Shown in pieces: positions 22,960 through 32,809 of a DNA stretch of 64,000 bases; position 1 is the stretch's first letter; each line of letters begins with the position of its first letter. The translations under genes were made by a program, and so were the position numbers. The notes under the pieces were generated by a model, which searched no databases, was not told the DNA's origin, and was given only the letters and a program-made list of their open reading frames with translations. This DNA is from Anaeromyxobacter sp. (lineage in GTDB: Bacteria > Myxococcota > Myxococcia > Myxococcales > Anaeromyxobacteraceae): positions 64,001-128,000 of the forward strand of contig JASGJN010000017.1 of assembly GCA_049840735.1 (NCBI GenBank), given 5' to 3'.

Positions 22960-23158
22960 ACCCGCCTCGCGTCGGCGGCAGCGCGGATTGGCGGCAGCCC
23001 GGTGAACGGAGAACGGGCGGCCCTGCTCCGGGATCACTGCCAGGCGATCGCCTGACCGAGTGAACCCATTGGAAGCACGAGCTTTTCGACCGCCTCCGCG
23101 GCGCCCCGCCGCACCGGCACGCTTCTTCCAAAGCGGCCCTGCGGACGGGGAGGCGGAC

Positions 23159-23464
23159 ATGGGCGGACGCGCCGAGCAGCAAGGCTTCCAGGCACTGGAG
23201 CACACCATCCACGTGGAGGGGCCGCTGGACGGGCTGGTGGCCCGCAGGCTGGAGACGCTGATCCTCGGCGCCAGCCCGGGAGAGCGGATCCGCATCGACC
23301 TCTCGCTGACCGTCGAGGCCAACGACTTCGTCATCGCCGTGCTGGCCGAGGCGCTCAACCGCTCCCGCGCCACGGTGGAGCTGCACGGGCTGGGCCCCCA
23401 CAGGCTGGCCGCGCTGGCGCGGCTGGGTGTGGACATCAGCGCGCTGCAGCGCGCGCTGCACTGA
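23159..23464 (+). CDS. Small STAS-like protein
   Basis: IHVEGPLD...IRIDLS...VELHGL...LARLGV pattern; GGAGG RBS. Confidence 0.55.
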   Translation: MGGRAEQQGFQALEHTIHVEGPLDGLVARRLETLILGASPGERIRIDLSLTVEANDFVIAVLAEALNRSRATVELHGLGPHRLAALARLGVDISALQRALH

Positions 23465-23657
23465 CCGCGCCGCCCCTGGCCGCTGGTCCATTGGCCGGCG
23501 CCCTGTCGCGCGCCTGAGGGACGCCTGACCGGGGTCACATCCCGGCCCCCTGATCGTCCAGACTGCAGCGGTGGCGAAGGCCCCGTGGCGAGGCGCGCAC
23601 GACCCAGGCACCCCGCTCCTGCGCAGCCCAGAGGCCGGCCCCGCCGGCGCATCAACC

Positions 23658-24656
23658 ATGTCCAGACATGAGCTCCTCGCGGCGCTGGCAACCTCCGTGC
23701 TCCTGCACGCCCTGCTGGCCGGCTGGCTCCTGACCCGGCCGCCGCTGGCGCCCCCGGCGCCGCAGCAGGCCGGGCGCTGGATCGCCGTCGATCCGCCGCC
23801 TCCGCCGCCCGTGGAGGTCCCCGCGCCGGCGCCCGAGCCCGCCCAGGAGCAGGCGCTGCCGCCCGGTCCGCCGGCGCAGCCCGCCGCCCCCGCGCTGCGC
23901 AGCGCCCCGGTCCAGCAGGCGGTGAGCGCCGCCGCGCTGCTGCAGGCGCTGCCGCCGGAGGCCGCGGCGCAGGCCGCGCCTGGCGGCGAGGATGGCCCCG
24001 TCGGCGAGCCGGGCGATCCGCTCAGCGGCACGCTGGCCGCGGCGGTGGCGGCCGGCGAGCGCTGGCCGACCATGGGCGCCGGCGGCACCGGCACGGTCGC
24101 GGCCGGACGCGCCGCCATCCCCCCGGTGATCCGGCTGGGGGAACGCGGCGCCGGCCCCGGGATTTCGGACGAGGTGGTCCAGGCCCTGGCCCGGGAGTTC
24201 AAGGCCGGCAAGAAGGCGGCCCTGATCCCCTCCAGCGTCCGCAAGCGGGTGGAGGACACCATCGTGCTGCCCGGCGTGGGCGAGGTCACGGCCGACAAGG
24301 TGTGCCTGACCGCGGACGGCTCGGCCTACCGCACCACCCTGGGATCCTTCGACGAGACCATCTGCGACGAGGGGGTCTGGGACTCGGTCACCGACTACCG
24401 CAAGCCCACCTTCCGCTGCCTCCGGTCCCACACCGAGCGCGTGGACACGCGCGTGGTGGAGGCCCCGGCCACCTACGTGGCCCACAAGTGCGTGAAGTGG
24501 GACTCGACCAAGGACTACCGGACTCCACCGTGCGTGAAATGGGCCGACGTGGTCGAGACCCAGATCACGAAGTACAACGAGGAGTCCTTCGCCATGGACG
24601 ACCCGCGCCACGAGCGCCCGATCCGCAAGCGGAAGACCATCCCCGTCTGCCCCTGA
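23658..24656 (+). CDS. TonB/TolA-like anchored protein with atypical Cys-rich C-terminal domain
   Basis: N-terminal TM with SxxxH (TSVLLH), Pro-rich linker, directly upstream of exbB/exbD. Confidence 0.6.
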   Translation: MSRHELLAALATSVLLHALLAGWLLTRPPLAPPAPQQAGRWIAVDPPPPPPVEVPAPAPEPAQEQALPPGPPAQPAAPALRSAPVQQAVSAAALLQALPPEAAAQAAPGGEDGPVGEPGDPLSGTLAAAVAAGERWPTMGAGGTGTVAAGRAAIPPVIRLGERGAGPGISDEVVQALAREFKAGKKAALIPSSVRKRVEDTIVLPGVGEVTADKVCLTADGSAYRTTLGSFDETICDEGVWDSVTDYRKPTFRCLRSHTERVDTRVVEAPATYVAHKCVKWDSTKDYRTPPCVKWADVVETQITKYNEESFAMDDPRHERPIRKRKTIPVCP

Positions 24657-24720
24657 CTCCCCCGCGCGGCGCGCCGCGACGGGCGGCCGCGCAGCACCCC
24701 AGCGTCGCAGCGAGACCCCC

Positions 24721-25341
24721 ATGCTGACCAGCAGGCTCCTCTCCATCACGCACCTCGGCGCCGAGTGGGTGCTCTGGCTCCTCCTCGCCCTCTCCGTCCT
24801 CTCGGTCGCGATCATGATCGAGCGCGCGGTCTTCTTCCTCCGCCGCCGCCTGGGGGACCCCGACGGCGTGGCCCGGCTGCTGCTGGACGGCGACCTGGCC
24901 GGCGCGGTGCAGGCGGTGGAGGGCAGGCGCGGCCTGGAGGCCGACGTGGTCCGCGCCACCGTCGAGCACGCCGGCAAGGGGCCGGACGCGGTGGCCGAGG
25001 TGGTCAACGCGCGCATCGAGCGGGCGCGGCTGGACTACGAGGCCCGCCTGGCGGTGCTGGGCACGCTCGGCAACAACGCCCCCTTCATCGGCCTGTTCGG
25101 CACCGTGCTGGGCATCATCCGCGCCTTCGCCGACCTGGCCGCGGACCCGGCCGCCGCCGGCGCCGGGACGGTGATGGCCGGCATCTCCGACGCGCTGGTG
25201 GCCACCGCGGTAGGCCTGTTCGTGGCCCTCCCGGCGGTGGTGATGTTCAACCTCTACCAGCGCTGGGTCCGCCGCTCGGCGCAGCGCGCCTCGGTGCTCG
25301 GCCACGCGGTGGTGGCCTGGCTCCGCGCCGGGAGGAGCTAG
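24721..25341 (+). CDS. exbB: MotA/TolQ/ExbB proton channel family protein
   Basis: LGTLGNNAPFIGLFGTVLGII, GISDALVATAVGLFVALPA. Confidence 0.92.
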   Translation: MLTSRLLSITHLGAEWVLWLLLALSVLSVAIMIERAVFFLRRRLGDPDGVARLLLDGDLAGAVQAVEGRRGLEADVVRATVEHAGKGPDAVAEVVNARIERARLDYEARLAVLGTLGNNAPFIGLFGTVLGIIRAFADLAADPAAAGAGTVMAGISDALVATAVGLFVALPAVVMFNLYQRWVRRSAQRASVLGHAVVAWLRAGRS

Positions 25342-25344
25342 GCC

Positions 25345-25761
25345 ATGGCCGGCGGCTCCTTCGGCAACGGCGGGGACGACGAGCTGATCAGCGGCATCAA
25401 CGTCACGCCGCTGGTGGACGTCGTGCTGGTGCTGCTGATCATCTTCATGGTGACCGCCACCGCCATCGTGCGGCAGGCCATCGCGGTGGACCTGCCGCGG
25501 GTGGCCCACGCCGGCGAGGGGCTGGGCGCGACGCTCTCGGTGGTGCTCACCGCCGACGGCGCGCTCTACGTGGACGGCAAGCTGCGCAGCGAGGTGGACC
25601 TCGAGGCGCAGGCCCGCGAGCTGGCCGGGCGCGACCGGGAGGCCCGCGCGGTGATCAGCGCCGATCAAGGCGCGCGGCACGGCGCGGTGGTCCGGGTCAT
25701 CGACCTGGTGCGGAGCGCGGGGATCTCCCGCTTCGCCATCGACGTGGAGCGGCAGCGCTGA
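25345..25761 (+). CDS. exbD: ExbD/TolR biopolymer transport protein
   Basis: INVTPLVDVVLVLLIIFMVT, VDLP, ISAD. Confidence 0.92.
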   Translation: MAGGSFGNGGDDELISGINVTPLVDVVLVLLIIFMVTATAIVRQAIAVDLPRVAHAGEGLGATLSVVLTADGALYVDGKLRSEVDLEAQARELAGRDREARAVISADQGARHGAVVRVIDLVRSAGISRFAIDVERQR

Positions 25762-25786
25762 GCGCGCTGGCCCGGTCGCCAGGGCC

Positions 25787-26764
25787 CTACCCCGGGATGG
25801 CCGTCTTCACCCAGGCCTCGGCGTTCTCGAGGTCCTTGCCCAGGTCCTTGACCCGCTCCGGAGGCAGCCCCAGCGCGCGCGCCGAGCTCACCACCTCCGC
25901 GACCGCACCCACGTGCGAGAGCGGCTCGCGCCGGTGCAGGTCGAGCGCCGAGACCATCCGGACCAGGTGGATGAACGGCGCCGACGGGCCGGCGGGCGCC
26001 GCGTCGTGGTGGTGGCCCGCCACCTCCGCCAGCGTGGGCGGCAGCCGCCAGATCCGGTGCAGGTCCACGCCGGCCTCGAGATGCACCGCCTGAACCACCC
26101 GGCCCACCGCCGCGTCCTCCAGCGCCGGGATCTTCTCGAACGCGGTCAGCTCGGCCAGCGCCCGCAGCGCGCCGGCGCGCCCGACGTCGTGCAGCAGGCC
26201 GGCCATGAAGGCCTGCTCGCTGCCGGGCGTGGGGGCCAGCTTGGCCTTGGCCAGGTCGGAGGCGCAGCGCCCCACCGTCACCGCGTGCAGGAAGGTCCGG
26301 CTCCAGGCCGGCGTGTACCGCTCGTGCGTGCGGCCGGCGTCGGGGCCGTACACCGAGCGCATGGCGATGGCCGCGGCCAGGCGGGCCACGTCGGACATGC
26401 CGATGCGCGACACCGCCTCCTTCACCGTGTCGATGCGGCGCACGGCGCGGTAGATGGCCGAGTTGGCCAGGGCCAGCACGCCGCCGGCCAGCGCCCCGTC
26501 CACGCGGATGTACTTGGAGAGCTCGTTCAGGTCCACGTCCGGGAACTGGACCAGGTCGAGGATGGTCATGGCGATCGACGGGAAGGCCGCCGGTCCCATG
26601 TGCGCGCCGGCCAGGTGGGCGCGGACCACCTCGATGGCGCGGGCCTCATCCTCGCTGGGCGCGGCCGGGGCGGCGGTCAGCGCGGCCGGATTGACCTCCA
26701 GCGCGGCGGCGTAGGCGGCCTCGGGTGGCAGGGGCGTGGGCGCAGGGCTCATGGGGACAGGCAT
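25787..26764 (-). CDS. HDOD domain protein
   Basis: VLALANSAIY, AVSRIG, AGLLHDVG, WRLP, HHH. Confidence 0.9.
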   Translation of the reverse strand: MPVPMSPAPTPLPPEAAYAAALEVNPAALTAAPAAPSEDEARAIEVVRAHLAGAHMGPAAFPSIAMTILDLVQFPDVDLNELSKYIRVDGALAGGVLALANSAIYRAVRRIDTVKEAVSRIGMSDVARLAAAIAMRSVYGPDAGRTHERYTPAWSRTFLHAVTVGRCASDLAKAKLAPTPGSEQAFMAGLLHDVGRAGALRALAELTAFEKIPALEDAAVGRVVQAVHLEAGVDLHRIWRLPPTLAEVAGHHHDAAPAGPSAPFIHLVRMVSALDLHRREPLSHVGAVAEVVSSARALGLPPERVKDLGKDLENAEAWVKTAIPG

Positions 26765-26859
26765 AGCACCGGCGCCCAGGCGGGGAAACTCGCCGCCCGG
26801 GTGGGCGGAGGTGGGCGCCTCCGCCGGGCGCCTCGCCCTGCCGTGGTAACCTGGCCGGC

Positions 26860-27408
26860 ATGCCGATCCGACGCGGCCTCCCCCTGCTCTGCCTGCTGGC
26901 CTGCACGGCCGCGCCCGAGCCCTCCGCGCCCCCTCCCGCGCCCGCCCCGGCGCCGCCGGCGGAGGCGGCACCGGCGCCGACCCCGCCGCCAGCGCCGGCC
27001 GGCCCGGTCCCGGTCCTGCCGCGGGTGGAGCAGGCCACGGCCATCGAGCCGTCGGGCCTGCGCTCGCCCATCAAGGCGGGGGAGGAGCTGGTGGTCGACC
27101 CCGGCACGCGCTTCGAGCTGGTGCTGGCCGGCGGCTTCCACGACGCCCGTCTCTCGCTGCTCGACGGGGCCGACGCCGCGGTCGAGGCCAGCGCCACGCG
27201 CGAGCTGGGCAGCCGCACCACCCTGACCCTGGTGCCCACCGCCCCGCTGACGCCGGCCGGCAAGTACCAGCTCCGGCTCGACGGCGCGGCCACCCGCGAG
27301 CTGCACGACGGCGACGGCGCGGCCTACCAGCCCGCCTCCTGGCAGGTCCTGGTGGCGGGGCAGCCCCTGCCTCCTCCGCCGAAGACGGGCAAGAAGAAGC
27401 GGCGGTAG
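26860..27408 (+). CDS. Lipoprotein with Ig-like domain
   Basis: LLAC lipobox, Pro-rich linker, LTLVPTAPLTPAGKYQLRL. Confidence 0.7.
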   Translation: MPIRRGLPLLCLLACTAAPEPSAPPPAPAPAPPAEAAPAPTPPPAPAGPVPVLPRVEQATAIEPSGLRSPIKAGEELVVDPGTRFELVLAGGFHDARLSLLDGADAAVEASATRELGSRTTLTLVPTAPLTPAGKYQLRLDGAATRELHDGDGAAYQPASWQVLVAGQPLPPPPKTGKKKRR

Positions 27409-27469
27409 CGGCAGCGGCCGCTCAGCCCCGGGCGCGGTTCGCCCGGCTCACCGCCACCGGAGCGCGCGC

Positions 27470-27877
27470 TCAGCCCGGCAGCGCCGCGCTGCGGGCCGCC
27501 AGCTCGCCCAGCACGGCACGATCGGCCTCGAGGAAGTCGTAGCCGGTCAGCGCGCCGTCGGGCGCCCAGGCCAGCTCCGCCACGTCCAGCGCGGCCGGCT
27601 CGGCGCCGGGCGGGAAGCGGGCCGCGTAGAACGCCAGCTCCACCTCCAGCTCGGGGTAGCGGTGCGCGTGGCGGAGCAGCAGCGCCCCCACCTCCACCGC
27701 GCAGCCCAGCTCCTCGAGGATCTCGCGGCGCAGGGCCTCCGGCTCGGCCTCGCCCGGCTCAACCTTCCCGCCCGGGAACTCCCACTGGCCCCGGAGGCCC
27801 TCGCGATCCGCACGCCGGGTGATGAGCAGGGTCCCGCCCCGCCGCACCACCGCGGCCACGACGCGGATGCGCCTCAC
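27470..27877 (-). CDS. mutT: NUDIX hydrolase (MutT/NudG-like)
   Basis: WEFPGGKVEPGEAEPEALRREILEELG Nudix box. Confidence 0.9.
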   Translation of the reverse strand: MRRIRVVAAVVRRGGTLLITRRADREGLRGQWEFPGGKVEPGEAEPEALRREILEELGCAVEVGALLLRHAHRYPELEVELAFYAARFPPGAEPAALDVAELAWAPDGALTGYDFLEADRAVLGELAARSAALPG

Positions 27878-28977
27878 TTGAGGTCGAGGGCGAAGAGGTC
27901 GCCGCCGTTGGAGAGCACGTACAGCCGGTCGTCGCGGAGCCCAGGGGCGGCGGAGATGCCCGACCCCGGATCGAAGACCCGCACCGTCCGGCCGCGCCCC
28001 AGCTCGAGGAAGCGCAGCCCGCCCGCGCCGGCAGGGACGGCCAGCCAGCGCCCCGCCAGCAGCGGGAGGCCGCCCGGGTTGCCCTCGAACGGCTGCGTCC
28101 AGCGCAGCTCACCGGTCTTGAGATCCAGGCCGTGCACCTGCGTGGCGGTGACGGCCACGAGCAGGGCCCCCGCCACCACCACGCGTGAGGCGCCCTGGGT
28201 CCGGTGGGCCCAGAGCGGCGAGCCGCTGTCCAGGTCCAGCGCCAGCACCGCGCCGGAGTAGGCGGCCGCGTAGAGGCGGCGGCCGTCGGTGGCCAGGCCG
28301 TCCACGTCGATGTAGTCGCCCGCGGGCGCCACCTGGCGCTCCCAGACCACCTGGCCGCCGGCGGCGTCGAGCGCCGCAACGTAGCCGTCGGAGTAGGAGG
28401 TGTAGACGCGGCCGCCGGTCACCACCGGCGTGGAGATGCCGTGGATGGAGAACCCGGAGGCCTTGCCCTCGCGGCGGTGGTTCCAGAGCCAGGTGCCGGT
28501 CTTCGCGTCCAGGGCGAAGAGCCGATCCTGCGCGGTGGCGAGGAAGAGGCGCCCGCCGGACAGCACCGGCTGCGCCGCCACCTCCTCCTTCGAGTCGTAG
28601 CTCCAGCGCACCTCGCCGGTGGCGAGCTCCAGGGCCCGCACCTGCCCGGCGGCGGTGGCGGCGTACACCACGTTGCCGTCCACCAGGGGCGGCGCGATGT
28701 ACGCGTTGTCGCCGCGCTTCTCCCAGACCAGGGTCCCGTCCGGCCGCATGGCGTGCAGCCACCCGTCGCGCGTGCCGAAGACGGCCACGCCGCTGGCCGG
28801 ATCGACGGCCACGCCGCCCGGCTCCATGGGATAGGCCTCCAGCAGGCCCGGGAGCACCAGCCGCTTGTGCCAGGCCACGCCGTAGACCGCCAGCGGCGCC
28901 GGGGGGAGCCGCGAGAGCAGCGCCCCCTGGTCGGTCGCCCCGACCGCCAGCCCGAGCACCAGCGGGACGAGCATCAT
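27874..28977 (-). CDS. bamB: PQQ-like beta-propeller, BamB-like
   Basis: Repeated ALD..TG..xW blades; directly downstream of yfgM. Confidence 0.8.
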   Translation of the reverse strand: MMLVPLVLGLAVGATDQGALLSRLPPAPLAVYGVAWHKRLVLPGLLEAYPMEPGGVAVDPASGVAVFGTRDGWLHAMRPDGTLVWEKRGDNAYIAPPLVDGNVVYAATAAGQVRALELATGEVRWSYDSKEEVAAQPVLSGGRLFLATAQDRLFALDAKTGTWLWNHRREGKASGFSIHGISTPVVTGGRVYTSYSDGYVAALDAAGGQVVWERQVAPAGDYIDVDGLATDGRRLYAAAYSGAVLALDLDSGSPLWAHRTQGASRVVVAGALLVAVTATQVHGLDLKTGELRWTQPFEGNPGGLPLLAGRWLAVPAGAGGLRFLELGRGRTVRVFDPGSGISAAPGLRDDRLYVLSNGGDLFALDLK

Positions 28978-29706
28978 CTACTTCGCCCCGAGCGCCGTGA
29001 GCTGCTGGGCCGCGAGGCCGGACAGCTCCGAGTCCTTGTGGTTCTGGTCGAAGGCCTTGAGCAGCGCCACGGCCTCGTCCTTCTTGCCGGCCGCGGCCAG
29101 CACGCGGGCCCGCTCCATGTCGGCGCGATCGGCGTAGCGCGGCGCCTCGGCCGCCAGCTTGGCGTAGGCGTCGGCGGCGGCGGCCAGGTCCTTCTTGCCC
29201 TCGGCCACCAGCGCCAGCCCCTCCAGCGCGCTGAACCGCAGCGTCTCGGCGCTCCCGGACTGCGCCAGGAACGCCTGGTAGGCCTGCGCCGCCGCGTCCC
29301 ACTCGCCCAGGTGGAAGCTGGCGTCGCCCTTCATCAGCTGCGCCATGGCGCCGGCCGCGTCGCCGCCGTGGGCGGCGAGGACCTTGTCGGCCTCGGCGAC
29401 GATGGCGCGCTGCTTGGCCTCCTCGGTGGTGAAGAAGGGGCCGGGGCGGCCGGGCAGCGGCACGGCCGACACGGTGCCGGCCACCGTGCGGAGCAGCTCG
29501 CTGGTGGCGGCGCTCGCCGCGGCGGCGCGGGAGTCGTGGATCGCGACCAGCACCAGGATGATGGCCAGCGCGCCGACGGCGACGCCGCCGGCGATGGCCA
29601 CGTGGCGCTTGCGCGCGGCCAGCCACGTCGCGGCCTGCCCCGCTGCGGCCTGGAACTTGTCGGGGTCCTTGATGTCCTTGCGGCTGACCACGGTCGTCTT
29701 CGACAT
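28978..29706 (-). CDS. yfgM: YfgM-like TPR membrane protein
   Basis: KDIKDPDKF, one TM, TPR helices; between der and bamB. Confidence 0.8.
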   Translation of the reverse strand: MSKTTVVSRKDIKDPDKFQAAAGQAATWLAARKRHVAIAGGVAVGALAIILVLVAIHDSRAAAASAATSELLRTVAGTVSAVPLPGRPGPFFTTEEAKQRAIVAEADKVLAAHGGDAAGAMAQLMKGDASFHLGEWDAAAQAYQAFLAQSGSAETLRFSALEGLALVAEGKKDLAAAADAYAKLAAEAPRYADRADMERARVLAAAGKKDEAVALLKAFDQNHKDSELSGLAAQQLTALGAK

Positions 29707-29824
29707 GGCACCTCTCCGGCGCGATAAGCGCCGTGAATCCCGAGGGAAAAAGTCGCGCCAATCTAGGCGGGTGCCCCCGAACCGTCAAGCGAAAGCCGGG
29801 CAGGCGGCCGGTCCGGCGGAGCGG

Positions 29825-31249
29825 CTACTCGTCGTCCCGCCTGCGGGCCCCCGGCGGCGGCCGGGACCGGCGCTTCCGCTCCTTGAACACGATCCGCATC
29901 GGCACCTCCAGCCCGAACACGTCGCGGAAGCGGTTCTCGACGTAGCGCCGGTAGGGGTCGCCGATGGCCTCAGGGCGGCTGCACTGGATGACGAAGGTCG
30001 GCGGGGCGTACGCCACCTGGGCGACGTAGAAGAGCTTGACCGGCAGCCCCCTGGCCCGCGGCGCCGGGTGCTCCTCCTGGATCGACTCCAGCAGCTCGTT
30101 GAGCTGCGGGGTCGGGAAGCGCGCCCGGTACTGCTCGATGAGCTTGAGCGCCCGCTCCAGCACCTTGAAGACCCCCCGCCCCTCCTTCGCCGAGACGAAG
30201 ACGAAGGGCGCGAAGCCCACGAACGGCAGCCGCTTGATGAGCTCCTTCTTGTACCAGTCCTGGGTGGCGCCCTCGCGCTCGGCGATGTCCCACTTGTTCA
30301 CCACCACCACCAGCGCCTTGCCCTTCTCCGCCACCAGCCCGAGCAGCCGGGCGTCCTGCTCGACGCCGGCCTCGGTGGCGTCCAGCAGGCAGGCCACCAC
30401 CTCGGCCTGGTCGATGGCCTTCATCGACCGGACCACCGAGTAGGCCTCGACCTTCTGCGCGATGGAGCGCTTGCGCCGGATGCCGGCGGTGTCGGTGACC
30501 ACGAACCGCTTGCCCCGGTGCGTGACCACCGAGTCGATGGCGTCGCGGGTGGTGCCCGGCACGTCCGAGACCACGAACCGCTCCTCGCCCAGCAGCGCGT
30601 TCACGAACGTGCTCTTGCCGACGTTGGGCCGGCCCACGATGGCGAGCCGGATGTCGCCCACCGGCCGGTCGGCCTCGTCCACCTCGACCGGCTCGTCCGC
30701 CTCCTCCGGCGCCGGCGGCGCCTCGGGGAGCGCCAGCCTGGCGATGATGGCCTCGACCAGGTCCGACATGCCGCGGCCGTGCTCGGCCGACACGGCGTGC
30801 ACCTCGCCGAACCCCAGCTGGTAGAACTCCGCCAGCGGGATCTCCTCCTCGGTGCGGGCGGTGTCCACCTTGTTCACCGCCACGAAGAGCGGCTTGCCGG
30901 CGCGCCGCAGCAGCTCGGCCACGGCGCGATCGACGCTGGAGAGCCCCTCGCGGCCGTCCACCACCAGCACCACCGCGGCGGCCTCGTCCACGGCCAGCTG
31001 CGCCTGCTGGCGGACCAGGGTCATGAGCCGGTCGCGGGACTCGGGCTCGAAGCCGCCGGTGTCCACCACCGACATCTGGCGGTTGTCCCACTCGAAGTCG
31101 GCGTAGTTGCGGTCGCGCGTGACGCCGGGCACGTCCTCGACGATGGCGTTGCGCCGGCCGCTGAGCCGGTTGAACAGCGTCGACTTGCCGACGTTGGGCC
31201 GGCCCACGAGGGCGACCAGCGGGCGGGGGGCGGGACGGGGGGCGGTCAC
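29825..31249 (-). CDS. der: Ribosome biogenesis GTPase Der (EngA)
   Basis: Two GRPNVGKST P-loops, DTGG/DTAG, NKVD/NKWD; GTG start overlaps the era stop. Confidence 0.97.
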   Translation of the reverse strand: MTAPRPAPRPLVALVGRPNVGKSTLFNRLSGRRNAIVEDVPGVTRDRNYADFEWDNRQMSVVDTGGFEPESRDRLMTLVRQQAQLAVDEAAAVVLVVDGREGLSSVDRAVAELLRRAGKPLFVAVNKVDTARTEEEIPLAEFYQLGFGEVHAVSAEHGRGMSDLVEAIIARLALPEAPPAPEEADEPVEVDEADRPVGDIRLAIVGRPNVGKSTFVNALLGEERFVVSDVPGTTRDAIDSVVTHRGKRFVVTDTAGIRRKRSIAQKVEAYSVVRSMKAIDQAEVVACLLDATEAGVEQDARLLGLVAEKGKALVVVVNKWDIAEREGATQDWYKKELIKRLPFVGFAPFVFVSAKEGRGVFKVLERALKLIEQYRARFPTPQLNELLESIQEEHPAPRARGLPVKLFYVAQVAYAPPTFVIQCSRPEAIGDPYRRYVENRFRDVFGLEVPMRIVFKERKRRSRPPPGARRRDDE

Positions 31250-32178
31250 AGGCCGAACCTCTTGAGGGCGGCGTCGCGCTCGCTCCAGCGCTCGTCCACC
31301 TTGACGTTGAGGGCCAGGAACACCTTGCAGCCCAGGAGGCGCTCCAGGTTCTTGCGGGCCTGGGTGCCGATGGCCTTGAGCATGGCCCCGCCCTTGCCGA
31401 TGACGATGGCCTTCTGCGACTCGCGCTCGAGGTGGATCCGGGCGGAGATGCGCACCAGGCCGCCCTGATCGCGCCGGTCGGCCTCGTCGAACTCCTCGAT
31501 CTCCACCGCCGCGGCGTAGGGGATCTCCTGCCGCGTCTGCAGCATCACCTGCTCGCGCACGTACTCGGCCGCCAGCGTCCGCTCGGCCTGGTCGGTCATC
31601 ACGTCGGGCGGGAAGAGCGGCGCCTCGGACTCGGGCAGGAGCCCGGCCAGCGTCTCCAGCAGCCGGTCCACGTTCTCGCCGTCCAGGGCCGAGAACGGCA
31701 CGATCCCGGTCCAGGCGTGCAGGTCCTTGTACGCGTCGATGACCGGGAGGAGCGTGGCCCGCGGGGCGCGGTCCATCTTGTTCACGCCCAGCACCGACGG
31801 CTTGCCGGAGCGCTTCACCTCCTCGGCCACCCAGCGCGTGCTCTCGCCGATCTCCACCCGCCCCTCGGGGCCGGTGCCGGCCTCGACCAGCATCAGCACC
31901 ACGTCCACCTCGCCCAGCGTGGAGAGCGCGGTCTCGACCATGCGCTTGTTGAGGGCGCCCTTGGCCTTGTGCAGCCCGGGGGTGTCGAAGAACGCCAGCT
32001 GCGCGCCCGGGGCGTTGTGGACGCCCAGGATGCGGGTGCGGGTGGTCTGGGGACGGGGCGAGACGATGGCCACGTGCTCGCCGAGGATCCGGTTGAGCAG
32101 CGTGGACTTGCCCACGTTGGGCCGTCCCACCAGCGCCACGAAGCCGGCGCGGATTGGGAGCTTCTTCTTGCGTGCCAT
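31246..32178 (-). CDS. era: GTPase Era
   Basis: GRPNVGKST, PQTTR, DTPG, QEIPY, KH domain IVIGKGG. Confidence 0.97.
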   Translation of the reverse strand: MARKKKLPIRAGFVALVGRPNVGKSTLLNRILGEHVAIVSPRPQTTRTRILGVHNAPGAQLAFFDTPGLHKAKGALNKRMVETALSTLGEVDVVLMLVEAGTGPEGRVEIGESTRWVAEEVKRSGKPSVLGVNKMDRAPRATLLPVIDAYKDLHAWTGIVPFSALDGENVDRLLETLAGLLPESEAPLFPPDVMTDQAERTLAAEYVREQVMLQTRQEIPYAAAVEIEEFDEADRRDQGGLVRISARIHLERESQKAIVIGKGGAMLKAIGTQARKNLERLLGCKVFLALNVKVDERWSERDAALKRFGL

Positions 32179-32247
32179 GGAGGTGATCGCGCCCGCTCCG
32201 GCCGTGGCCGGGCGGGCGCCTGGGTTCGGCGGCGGGCCCTCGAGGGG

Positions 32248-32748
32248 CTAGCCGCGGGTGATGACGACCTTGTCCAGCTTGACCTTGGCGTTTCCGGTCC
32301 GGGCGATCTTGGCGATCAGCTCCAGCCCCTTCACGACCTCGCCGAAGATGGTGTGGCCGCGGTTGAGGTGCGGCGTCGGCACCTCGGTGATGAAGAACTG
32401 CGAGCCGTTGGTGTTGGGGCCGGAGTTGGCCATGGCGAGCAGGCCGGGCCGGTTGAACTGGTTGTCCGGGCCGATCTCGTCGGCGAAGCGGTAGCCGGGG
32501 CTGCCGGTGCCGGTGCCGGTGGGATCGCCGCCCTGGATCATGAACTCCGGGATGACGCGGTGGAAGAGGGTGCCGTCGTAGAGCGGCACGCCCTTCCTGG
32601 CCGACCCGTCGCGCGGGTCGCGCCACTCCTTGGTGCCCTCGGCCAGGCCGACGAAGTTCTCGACCGTCTTCGGGGCCTTCTCGGGCAAGAGGTTCACGAC
32701 GATCTCGCCGAGCGAGGTCTGGAAGGTGGCGGTGATGTTCTCGGCCAT
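32248..32748 (-). CDS. Cyclophilin-type peptidyl-prolyl isomerase
   Basis: FHRVIPEFMIQGGDP, LAMANSGPNTNGSQFFIT, HTIFG. Confidence 0.95.
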   Translation of the reverse strand: MAENITATFQTSLGEIVVNLLPEKAPKTVENFVGLAEGTKEWRDPRDGSARKGVPLYDGTLFHRVIPEFMIQGGDPTGTGTGSPGYRFADEIGPDNQFNRPGLLAMANSGPNTNGSQFFITEVPTPHLNRGHTIFGEVVKGLELIAKIARTGNAKVKLDKVVITRG

Positions 32749-32809
32749 GGGGTGCTCCTGGTGCGGGCGCTGCGGCCCGGCGTTCCGCTCGGCTCGCGAG
32801 CGGGTGGGA

